A DNA stretch of 64,000 bases from the IMG/VR virus record IMGVR_UViG_3300011115_000575, positions 1,708 to 65,707 of that record, one strand, 5' to 3'. Under the pieces are notes generated by a model. That model saw nothing but the letters and a program-made list of their open reading frames with translations, made no database searches and was not told where the DNA came from. The number at the start of each line of letters is the position of its first letter. Positions within the stretch are counted from its first letter, which is position 1. This document shows positions 1 to 7,880 of the stretch, in pieces. The position numbers were made by a program, and so were the translations under genes. The DNA is from a virus. Lineage: Duplodnaviria; Caudoviricetes.

Positions 1-1089
1 TACTATGTAGTAGATTCTCATGGAGTAAATGAATTGATACACATATCTCATGGTCAAGCAATGAGATTAATTTGGGGAGAATCATATGAATTCACAATGA
101 TGGATGGAGATAGTATTTATTTCAGATACAATCCGATAATACATGATGGCATTTATTATTTCGATATGAATTCTGCCATTGTAAATGGATATGTGGATAG
201 AATTTGTCCAATCTGTTCTTCAACATTAGATGCACAACATGATGCAGATGTTTGTGCAAGAAGAAACCATAAGAATCCTCGTTATGATTATCACAGAGAT
301 TTTACGGTTAAGCAGATTCAATTAGAGCAAAAATTTGTATTCAAAATGGGAGTCGAAATTGAGAAACAATCTTATCTTGGTAGTAAGCATTCGAATGTAT
401 CTATAGGTCAAAGATTCGGTTGGAAGAAAGAAAGGGATGGCAGTTTATGTGATACAATCGGATATGAATTAGTTAGTCCATGTTACCCATTGTTTACTGA
501 TGATTTAATCAATGAGGCAAAAGAAATTGAGTTAGCATTCCCTAACTTAATCAATGGCAATGACCATGATTTAATTAGCCATTCTCGTGGCAATTCCGCT
601 TGTGGAGGACATATACATTTCTCTCGTAGTTACACATCTGCAAAGGATACATTCGAAATGATTAGTGGTTATATCCCTTTGTTTTATGCCATCTATCGTA
701 AACGTAGTGAATCAGATTATTGTGGTGCTAAAGAGAAATTAAGAATGAAAGGATCTACCGAGAAGATGCAAGCAGTTCGAATCATCGAAGATATCATTAA
801 TCCTCGTATTGAATTCCGCATCTTCCCATTAGTAAAAGACATTGACCAATTACAATGGCGAATTGATTTACTTAGAATCATGGCAATGAATCCAACTAAC
901 CGATTCAATGAAGTTGCCAATATGCTAACTGATAAGGAATCAGATTTATATAAGCATATGACAAAAGAGTTTAGCCCAAGCAAAATCAAGCAAAGGATAT
1001 TAGATTCTATTGACATGGCGAAGAGATACGATAGGGATTTCTATTCATTCGATTTCTCTTCTATTAGAAATGCAGTTAACAATATGTGA
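1..1089 (+). CDS. Putative amidoligase (COOH-NH2 ligase type 2), probably 5'-truncated by the window
   Basis: Motifs MGVEIE, DGSL, GYELVSP, CGGHIHFS, IEFRIF; frame is open from base 1; adjacent to a GATase. Confidence 0.8.
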   Translation, partial: YYVVDSHGVNELIHISHGQAMRLIWGESYEFTMMDGDSIYFRYNPIIHDGIYYFDMNSAIVNGYVDRICPICSSTLDAQHDADVCARRNHKNPRYDYHRDFTVKQIQLEQKFVFKMGVEIEKQSYLGSKHSNVSIGQRFGWKKERDGSLCDTIGYELVSPCYPLFTDDLINEAKEIELAFPNLINGNDHDLISHSRGNSACGGHIHFSRSYTSAKDTFEMISGYIPLFYAIYRKRSESDYCGAKEKLRMKGSTEKMQAVRIIEDIINPRIEFRIFPLVKDIDQLQWRIDLLRIMAMNPTNRFNEVANMLTDKESDLYKHMTKEFSPSKIKQRILDSIDMAKRYDRDFYSFDFSSIRNAVNNM

Positions 1090-1092
1090 TTG

Positions 1093-1122
1093 TGTATGGG
1101 GAGATGAAATATTCTCCCCTAC
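1093..1122 (+). terminator. Intergenic hairpin
   Basis: GGGGAGA-tgaaatat-TCTCCCC; no U-tract. Confidence 0.4.
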
Positions 1123-1194
1123 AACAAATTCCACTATCAGCAATTCAATTACTCAAACACAATTATTTTTCAAACAATTTAAATTATAACTATT

Positions 1195-1998
1195 ATGTGT
1201 ATCGCAATTTTAAATTCCCCAAACATTACATTCAAAGAATCATTAATCCGCAATTGTTGGGATAACAACAAAGATGGTGGCGGAATGATTTGGACTGATG
1301 TAAAGTCAAATCAATTATACATTCACAAAGAGATTCAATCGTTTCAGAATTTCTACAACAAGTACATCGAGATTCGTAAAGAGAATCCACAATCAAATAT
1401 CGTTCTACATTTCCGTATCTCTACAAGTGGTGGAGTTAATGAAACCAATTGTCACCCATTCCAAGTCAATAAGGATTTGGCATTCGTTCACAATGGAATC
1501 ATATCAGAACTGAATGGTATTGATGCCAAGAAATCAGATACCAATCTATTCAATGAAATGTATCTTCGTAAACTACCAAGTGATTTCATCTACAATGATG
1601 CTATCCTTAAATTGATTCAGAAATTCATTGGTAGCAGTAAATTAGTTTTCTTAAATGCTTATAATGAGTATACCATTATCAATGAATCATTAGGCAAGAG
1701 AGATGCCGAATTCGAGGGATGTTGGTTTAGTAATTCTACCTACAAGAAAATCGATTATGTTGATTATGGTGGCACAAAAATTTACAATAATGCCAAGCCT
1801 AAATACCGATGGAATTCTGAATCCTCATGGGATATGCCCAAGCAAAAGGAAATCGTTTATCCTCCTATAGTGGATGATGTGTACGAAGAATTCGATGTGT
1901 ATCAAGAAAGGTTTAATGAGTTAAAGAAGAAAGATGTTACATCGTTATCCATTGCCGAATGGGAAGAAATGGAGAATCTCAAATGGTATTGCATCTAA
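1195..1998 (+). CDS. Class II (Ntn) glutamine amidotransferase
   Basis: N-terminal MC, N.DGGG, HFRIST, HPF, FVHNGII, SDT motifs. Confidence 0.88.
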   Translation: MCIAILNSPNITFKESLIRNCWDNNKDGGGMIWTDVKSNQLYIHKEIQSFQNFYNKYIEIRKENPQSNIVLHFRISTSGGVNETNCHPFQVNKDLAFVHNGIISELNGIDAKKSDTNLFNEMYLRKLPSDFIYNDAILKLIQKFIGSSKLVFLNAYNEYTIINESLGKRDAEFEGCWFSNSTYKKIDYVDYGGTKIYNNAKPKYRWNSESSWDMPKQKEIVYPPIVDDVYEEFDVYQERFNELKKKDVTSLSIAEWEEMENLKWYCI

Positions 1999-2021
1999 TA
2001 CCAATTCTTAATTCATAGTAC

Positions 2022-2053
2022 AATCCCTCGTAGAAATATGGGGGATTTTTTTT
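2022..2053 (+). terminator. Rho-independent terminator
   Basis: AATCCCTCGTA-GAAA-TATGGGGGATT followed by a T-run. Confidence 0.8.
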
Positions 2054-2110
2054 GTGCCATATAAAAATCTAATTCAATTTTTTGTAGCTCCGCCAATTTT
2101 CCGGTTTGCA

Positions 2111-2427
2111 CTGGTTGAATTCAATTACTTTTTTAGTTTTGTCTAAAATTAAATTTAGGTTAGCCTAAAAAATGTAAATCAATTTTTCCCAAAAACACTA
2201 TCATCATTTTGCAATCCGTTAGGCATAATTTTATTTCCCTCAAATTCCACTATCATCATTAGCTATCCGTGTGGCTGAATATAATCTAATTGAATTTCGT
2301 TTACTGCTGGAGCCAGTGCTGGTTGCAGGAGAAAATATGGTAAAACTCAATTACTTTTTTAGGTGCGTCTAAAAATGTAAGTAAATGAATCTCCGGCGTT
2401 CCAGTGATCCCACAGGTGATCCCACAG
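2111..2427. repeat. Non-coding region with duplicated motifs
   Basis: TGGT..AA.TCAATTACTTTTTTAG at 2111 and 2337; CACTATCATCATT at 2196 and 2248; tandem GTGATCCCACAG x2 at 2404-2427. Confidence 0.7.
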
Positions 2428-2452
2428 GAGAAAAATAAATATTAGAAAACAC

Positions 2453-2484
2453 TTGACATTGCTATATCAAATGTATTATCTTGC
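2453..2484 (+). promoter_or_regulatory. Putative early promoter
   Basis: TTGACA at 2453 and TATCTTGC (variant of Bacteroidota -7 TAnnTTTG) at 2477, upstream of ATG 2518. Confidence 0.55.
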
Positions 2485-2517
2485 ACTATTATTAATCAAA
2501 CAAATCAAATTAACACA

Positions 2518-2937
2518 ATGAAAAAATCAATTAAAGACCAATTGACTGCCATCGATGTGCAGTTAAACGAATGGTACGGATGTATGCCATTTGTAGCGTT
2601 AAGTCGCATTCACTTTGAAGATATCGTCCACGAAGCGATAACAATGCCAAAGGATAAGTTCCAAGAGTATTTAGACGCATTGCGTGAAGAATGGAATGAA
2701 TCCTCTATTATTGACAAGATAGAAGTATACGAGGAGTGTTACGAGATGTTCGAGGATTTTATGCCCGAATTAGATGAAGATGAAGAAAGTTTCGATGAAG
2801 TCAAAGGAGTCCTATCCTTGTATTCAGATGATTTCGAAAGGTCACACACTTGGGAAGATGTATGCGAAATCGTAGGTGCTGATGCCGAGTACGATAATGT
2901 ATCAATCAAATTTATAGGAGTTTTACAATCTAAATAA
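2518..2937 (+). CDS. Highly acidic hypothetical early protein
   Basis: About 36 D/E versus about 12 K/R in 139 aa. Confidence 0.7.
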   Translation: MKKSIKDQLTAIDVQLNEWYGCMPFVALSRIHFEDIVHEAITMPKDKFQEYLDALREEWNESSIIDKIEVYEECYEMFEDFMPELDEDEESFDEVKGVLSLYSDDFERSHTWEDVCEIVGADAEYDNVSIKFIGVLQSK

Positions 2938-2944
2938 TAACACA

Positions 2945-3094
2945 ATGAGAAAGCTATTAATCGATGCCCTTGAAGATTTGTTGGGCGATGAGTACGATGC
3001 GAATGATTTGGTTCGTTTAAGCGAAGGAGAATTAATTCAGCAGTTAATTAATGTAGCACACTATTACAAAGACCAATATCAAAACGAAGACTAA
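2945..3094 (+). CDS. Small hypothetical protein (49 aa, not in ORF track)
   Basis: MRKLLIDALEDLLGDEYDANDLVRLSEGELIQQLINVAHYYKDQYQNED; TAATG overlap with the next gene. Confidence 0.65.
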   Translation: MRKLLIDALEDLLGDEYDANDLVRLSEGELIQQLINVAHYYKDQYQNED

Positions 3095-3339
3095 TGACAT
3101 CAGAAGTATTTTGGCAAAAAAGAGCCATTGAAGTTTTGCAAGGCAAGACTATCATAAAAGTTGAGTACATCTCTAAAGAAGTTGCAGAGAAGAATGGTTG
3201 GCATAAGCGAGGCATTATAATGGAATTGAATGATGGCATCATATTAACTATCTTATCTGATGATGAGGGAAATGATATGGGAGTTATCGAGTATTATCGT
3301 GAAGAGCATTACTGCGGAATTTTACCAAGTTTACAATAA
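3094..3339 (+). CDS. Hypothetical phage protein
   Basis: Operon-packed ORF with SDDEGND motif. Confidence 0.7.
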   Translation: MTSEVFWQKRAIEVLQGKTIIKVEYISKEVAEKNGWHKRGIIMELNDGIILTILSDDEGNDMGVIEYYREEHYCGILPSLQ

Positions 3340-3356
3340 TTTAAATAAATACAATT

Positions 3357-3572
3357 ATGGAAAAAGAAATCAGAGTATACGGAATTAATCAAGAAGAACT
3401 TAAAGAAGAATTCTTGGATGCAGTAGAGATTATTGGGTGGAGTAAGATTGCTAATTGGGAATTCATTGAATGGGCTACAGAACAAGGTAATGTATGGTCA
3501 TTAAAGGGTTTCGAAGAGGCATTTAATGGTGTAGAAATATGTACAGATATGTTTGTAATTCGAATCATATAA
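3357..3572 (+). CDS. Hypothetical protein
   Basis: Operon-packed ORF. Confidence 0.65.
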   Translation: MEKEIRVYGINQEELKEEFLDAVEIIGWSKIANWEFIEWATEQGNVWSLKGFEEAFNGVEICTDMFVIRII

Positions 3573-3637
3573 CACTGGTGCCAGCCCAGATCCTCTGGTT
3601 AAATTCAATTAGATTTTTAGATTAAACTAAAAAAGTT

Positions 3638-4285
3638 ATGAAAAGAGTATTAGTAGCTTGCGAAGAGAGTCAAGCAGTCACATTAGCATTTCGCAAATTA
3701 GGTTTTGAAGCCTATAGTTGCGACATATTACCATGTAGCGGAGGTCATCCCGAATTCCACTATCAACAAGATGTGTTCGAAGTAATCGACAAAGGTTGGG
3801 ATTTAATGATTGCACATCCACCATGTACCTACTTATCAGTAAGCGGTGCAAGACACCTATATAATAAAGATGGCACACCAAACGAAGAAAGGTACGAGAA
3901 TCAGAGGCAAGCATTAGTATTTGTCTATAAGCTAATGTTGGCGAACATTCCACGGATTGCGATTGAGAATCCCGTATCAGTCATATCATCGAAATTGCGT
4001 AAGCCCGACCAAATCGTTCAGCCCTATTGGTTTGGAGATTCAGCGAGCAAGACTACTTGTTTGTGGCTAACTAATTTACCAAAGTTAGTGCCTACAAATA
4101 TGGTTGAGAAAGGGAAGTTCAAAGAATGGGTTGATGGGAAGTCGGGGAAAACTAAACGACAAGCGATGTGGTATTACGAAGCATTGCAGAAGGCGAAGTC
4201 GCCCGAAGAACGTAGAGGAATGAGAAGTAAAACATTTCAAGGCATTGCCGATGCGATGGCGAGCCAATGGGGTGCAGTATTGTAA
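3638..4285 (+). CDS. DNA cytosine-C5 methyltransferase-like protein (short phage type)
   Basis: VLVACEESQ, catalytic HPPC, IENP, QPYWFG, RSKTF motifs. Confidence 0.8.
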   Translation: MKRVLVACEESQAVTLAFRKLGFEAYSCDILPCSGGHPEFHYQQDVFEVIDKGWDLMIAHPPCTYLSVSGARHLYNKDGTPNEERYENQRQALVFVYKLMLANIPRIAIENPVSVISSKLRKPDQIVQPYWFGDSASKTTCLWLTNLPKLVPTNMVEKGKFKEWVDGKSGKTKRQAMWYYEALQKAKSPEERRGMRSKTFQGIADAMASQWGAVL

Positions 4286-4304
4286 AACTTTAAATGTAAA
4301 TGAA

Positions 4305-4715
4305 ATGAAAAATCGTAAAGAAGTAATTAGTGCATTAGTATCACATTTTGGGCAAGATAATTCTAAAGAAGGGGAATCATTATTCCTTTTAGACCTTGCA
4401 TTTTCAAATGATGAGCAATTAATCAGCAAGTTAGTTGATATCGTAAATGATATTGATTTACCAAAAAGTAATAAGAGTCAAAGTGGGGCAAAGAATGGTC
4501 ACTATTGGTTTGAGTTATTGACTAATGGTCAAAGAAAGAAGTTTAAAGCCAATTGGAATAACGAAAGGAGGATGAGTAATTGGGTATTTGAAGACTACCT
4601 TGATAAAGAATGGGATTCAATAGATTCATTTCTTCGAAGTGGGTTTGTTTACATTACATCTAATGAAGGGTTATCTTATTGGCTTGAGTTGGAGACTGAT
4701 CTCAGGAACAAATAA
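4305..4715 (+). CDS. Hypothetical protein
   Basis: Start moved to ATG 4305; C-terminal domain resembles the next ORF. Confidence 0.65.
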   Translation: MKNRKEVISALVSHFGQDNSKEGESLFLLDLAFSNDEQLISKLVDIVNDIDLPKSNKSQSGAKNGHYWFELLTNGQRKKFKANWNNERRMSNWVFEDYLDKEWDSIDSFLRSGFVYITSNEGLSYWLELETDLRNK

Positions 4716-4744
4716 AATTCAATTACATTTTAACCAAGCAAATT

Positions 4745-5170
4745 ATGCCTACAAGAAAAGATTATTTTGAGTTGCTGTCATTTGACCAACAAGATAAATA
4801 CAAGTCCGAATATAATCGGCAAAACAATAAGCCAAGTTTTGAAGAATTTCTAAATGATAAATGCTTTTCTATAAAGCAATTCTTATCTGGCGGGTTTGTT
4901 TTTGATTTAAGCCAAGAGGGTTATTTCTATTGGTATAATCTATCAAACGAGAATATGTGTTTGCCTAATTGGGTAAACGTATATTATAATGATGTTGACT
5001 TACATAATCCAAACAAATGGGTAATCAAGATTGGGTGCAAGCATTTTAAGTTGCCTAATAACTTTGCTGATTCAATAGCAGAAGATTTGCTATTGAATAA
5101 TTTGATAGGAAGTTACATCGTTGTAAGAGAAGAGTCAAAGAATATATTTTTTGAAGCAGATTTAATTTAG
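4745..5170 (+). CDS. Hypothetical protein
   Basis: N-terminal domain resembles the previous ORF (GF....S.EG..YW). Confidence 0.65.
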   Translation: MPTRKDYFELLSFDQQDKYKSEYNRQNNKPSFEEFLNDKCFSIKQFLSGGFVFDLSQEGYFYWYNLSNENMCLPNWVNVYYNDVDLHNPNKWVIKIGCKHFKLPNNFADSIAEDLLLNNLIGSYIVVREESKNIFFEADLI

Positions 5171-5175
5171 AAGTT

Positions 5176-5424
5176 ATGAGAATTATAGTTGATGTAAATC
5201 CATTTACAATGGTTGCCAAGATATCGGCAAAAGTTAATAAGGTAGAAGAACGTACGGAAATCACTTGGTCTCCGTACGATTTTGGGAATGTTTGGTACAC
5301 CTTTGGATTAGGTGGTAAAACATACGACATACTATTCTCTTACGAGGGGGCATTGTCAGTTGTAGTAGAAGATGCCGAAGATGGCACAGAGCAGTCAGTT
5401 AAATTAGAAATCTCTTTAAAGTAA
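5176..5424 (+). CDS. Hypothetical protein
   Basis: Operon-packed ORF. Confidence 0.6.
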   Translation: MRIIVDVNPFTMVAKISAKVNKVEERTEITWSPYDFGNVWYTFGLGGKTYDILFSYEGALSVVVEDAEDGTEQSVKLEISLK

Positions 5425-5520
5425 ATGAGTAAGAAGCAAGTAACTACAGGGGAAGCACTGGAGTTTGTTTTATGTTTAATATTTGTAGCAGTTGTGTATT
5501 TTTTTATAGTTGTATACTAA
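5425..5520 (+). CDS. 31-aa membrane peptide (not in ORF track)
   Basis: MSKKQVTTGEALEFVLCLIFVAVVYFFIVVY directly after the previous stop. Confidence 0.45.
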   Translation: MSKKQVTTGEALEFVLCLIFVAVVYFFIVVY

Positions 5521-5531
5521 ACCAAATCAAT

Positions 5532-5717
5532 ATGAAATCAATTCAAATTATATCAGCGATAAGCTTTGTATCCCAAATGTTTGGATGCAGTTACACTGAT
5601 GACCAAAACTTGAAGTCAGACCTATTGTTAATCGGTATGGCTTGTTTATTTACATTAATGTATTCGTCTCATTTAGTTGGGATTCAAAATAAAAACAAAA
5701 TTAAAAATGAAAAATAA
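5532..5717 (+). CDS. Small membrane protein
   Basis: Two hydrophobic segments; start moved to ATG 5532. Confidence 0.5.
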   Translation: MKSIQIISAISFVSQMFGCSYTDDQNLKSDLLLIGMACLFTLMYSSHLVGIQNKNKIKNEK

Positions 5718-5928
5718 AAAGCATATCATTGAGGCAATTGCGATTTGTATTGTGTTGTCTTGCGTTGTAATTATTTATGTAAACAAAGTATTTAAGCAGA
5801 AAGATAAACCCAATGTTTCTTTAAGTAAAGAGAGGTTTGGAATTGTTACAAGCGAGGATATTTATATTGATAATATGGAAAAAAATGCGAAGTATACATC
5901 TCATGGAAGATTAATTACCAATGAATAA
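5707..5928 (+). CDS. Small membrane-anchored protein
   Basis: N-terminal TM helix IIEAIAICIVLSCVVIIYV. Confidence 0.55.
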   Translation: MKNKKHIIEAIAICIVLSCVVIIYVNKVFKQKDKPNVSLSKERFGIVTSEDIYIDNMEKNAKYTSHGRLITNE

Positions 5929-5936
5929 TAACTATT

Positions 5937-6170
5937 ATGGTAGATTTTAATTGGGATTTATTACAAACAAGTGATTACAAAGTAATTACAAGAGAGCGTC
6001 ACGATATTATAATTGGGGGCATTAACATTAAAGCTAAAGATGGGCATCAGATTGTCGGTTGGATAGAAATAAGAGGTGCTTACGAGTCGTATGCTTGGGA
6101 TTTAACAGGAAAATTATATGGGTGGCACGGAACTGACTACCCTTATGATTTATTTTTAACTAAAATTTAA
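5937..6170 (+). CDS. Hypothetical protein
   Basis: Operon-packed ORF. Confidence 0.6.
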   Translation: MVDFNWDLLQTSDYKVITRERHDIIIGGINIKAKDGHQIVGWIEIRGAYESYAWDLTGKLYGWHGTDYPYDLFLTKI

Positions 6171-6182
6171 ACAAAAACTAAA

Positions 6183-6506
6183 ATGGAAATTAAATTGCCA
6201 ATAAAAAACATTCATATAACGGATAATATGACATTTGAGGACATTAAGAAAATATCTAAAATTCAGATATATGGTGATACTCATGATTTGTTAGTATATA
6301 AGCACGAGAATGAGTCAATGAGAAAAGAAACTATTTTTCATGGAGATATACATTCTGAATGGGATATAGATAAATCTATCTTTTTTGATGTAGAAATGGA
6401 TGAGCTTGAAATAGTTGCAACTGCAATTTTAAAGCAAATAGAATTAATTAGGAGAAACTATTCGGAGCAGATTAAATTTCAAACAGATATGTGTAATTAC
6501 GTTTAA
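6183..6506 (+). CDS. Hypothetical protein
   Basis: Operon-packed ORF. Confidence 0.6.
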   Translation: MEIKLPIKNIHITDNMTFEDIKKISKIQIYGDTHDLLVYKHENESMRKETIFHGDIHSEWDIDKSIFFDVEMDELEIVATAILKQIELIRRNYSEQIKFQTDMCNYV

Positions 6507-6545
6507 ACTAAAAGAATATAAACTTAACAAGCAAAAATAAATAAA

Positions 6546-6857
6546 ATGGAAGAGAATAAAAAAGTAATTGGAAGCGTTGTTTTAGAAAGTGGTAACATCA
6601 AGCACATATACGCAGTGCAGAGTAGCCATATCAATACCAAAATATTATCCGTAGCGAAAAAATATGAACAACCACATATGTATAGGGTGTCATATAAATT
6701 GGGTAAAAATTTAGAGGAAATTGAGGGGACATTTGTTAAAGCAACAAAAGATTTTAGGACATTGGTGTTTGGGAGTTTTGATGAAACTAAAAAAACTATT
6801 GGGATTCCTATTAGTAAAGTTGTTTCTTGTGAGAGAGTATATAATGTGAGAGATTAA
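6546..6857 (+). CDS. Hypothetical protein
   Basis: Operon-packed ORF. Confidence 0.6.
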   Translation: MEENKKVIGSVVLESGNIKHIYAVQSSHINTKILSVAKKYEQPHMYRVSYKLGKNLEEIEGTFVKATKDFRTLVFGSFDETKKTIGIPISKVVSCERVYNVRD

Positions 6858-6868
6858 ATAAATAGTAT

Positions 6869-6977
6869 TATATTTGCGTGTTGAGTTAGTTATCTGATTG
6901 AGGGGTTAGATAACAAACTATAGGATTTAGTCCTATCCCCAAGATTCTTTCCCTCGAAGGTCTTGGGGTTTTTTTTT
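6869..6977 (+). promoter_or_regulatory. Bacteroidota-type promoter plus structured leader/attenuator of the replication operon
   Basis: TATATTTG at 6869; three hairpins, the last CCCCAAGA...TCTTGGGG followed by T9. Confidence 0.6.
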
Positions 6978-6983
6978 CGACAA

Positions 6984-7178
6984 ATGGATTTAGAATTAGA
7001 GTGTCATCTAGCAGTAGTCAGATTAAAGTTAATTAATTGTCAGATAGAACTACAAGAGTATGAGTTTGTTATGCAGTATGCTATGCCAGAAATGGAATGT
7101 TTTGACAAATTATTATCCATTATAGAGAAGTTGATTTTAGATATAAAGTTTTTAGAAACCAAATTAAAAGAAGCATAA
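6984..7178 (+). CDS. Hypothetical protein upstream of the initiator
   Basis: ATG 6984; stop abuts the initiator ATG. Confidence 0.55.
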   Translation: MDLELECHLAVVRLKLINCQIELQEYEFVMQYAMPEMECFDKLLSIIEKLILDIKFLETKLKEA

Positions 7179-7880
7179 ATGAGGTGGTACGCAGTCATCC
7201 CTAACGAGATTCTCTCGGATAAAGAGTTGTCTTCAAGCGAAAAATTATTGGTGGGAGTTTTGATTAGTTTATCTAATAAGACAGGGTATTGCTTTGCATC
7301 TAATCAATACATTTCAGATACATTAGGAATGTCAAATGTCTATGTAAGGTCTTTGATTAAGGAGTTAGAAAATAAGAAAATTATAGTTAGAGAAAATGTA
7401 TCAAAAACCAATACTGAATTAGGTAGCAGAACGATACGTTTAGCGGATTTAAAGTTAATCAAGGAGGATTTACTTGTACAAGGGGGTGATGGTATAGCAT
7501 CAGGGGGGGTGATGCTCGGCAAGCAGGGGGGTGATGCTATAGAAGCACCATATAATAAAGTTAATAATAGAGTTAATAATAAAGTAAATATAATATCCGA
7601 TAGGTTTGAAGAATTTTGGGATGTTTACGGGAAAAAGGTGGGTAAGGAAAAAGCTAAATCTAAATGGCTAAAGCTAAAAGAATCTGATAAGGATGCTTGC
7701 CTATTAGCAATTCCTAAATACAAAACAGCAAGACCCGATGTTCAATTTAGGAAAGACCCTGAAAGGTATCTTACTCATCGAGTATGGGAAGATGAATTAC
7801 CACAATCTAATTCAGTTCCTTTAACACAAGAAAATCAAACTAACACATCATACGAAATAACAATTCCAGAACAATGGTAA
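7179..7880 (+). CDS. Phage replication initiator (N-terminal wHTH, lambda O-like architecture)
   Basis: HTH_36-like N-terminus (YAVIP..IL.D..LS..EKLL, GYCFASN.Y), C-terminal FEEFW..Y.KK.GK..A domain, internal iterons, followed by DnaB. Confidence 0.85.
   Translation: MRWYAVIPNEILSDKELSSSEKLLVGVLISLSNKTGYCFASNQYISDTLGMSNVYVRSLIKELENKKIIVRENVSKTNTELGSRTIRLADLKLIKEDLLVQGGDGIASGGVMLGKQGGDAIEAPYNKVNNRVNNKVNIISDRFEEFWDVYGKKVGKEKAKSKWLKLKESDKDACLLAIPKYKTARPDVQFRKDPERYLTHRVWEDELPQSNSVPLTQENQTNTSYEITIPEQW
7481..7597 (+). other. Replication origin 1: three iterons plus AT-rich tract inside the initiator gene
   Basis: AG(5-7)TGATG repeats with about 22-nt period, then TAATAAAGTTAATAATAGAGTTAATAATAAAG. 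Confidence 0.75.
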
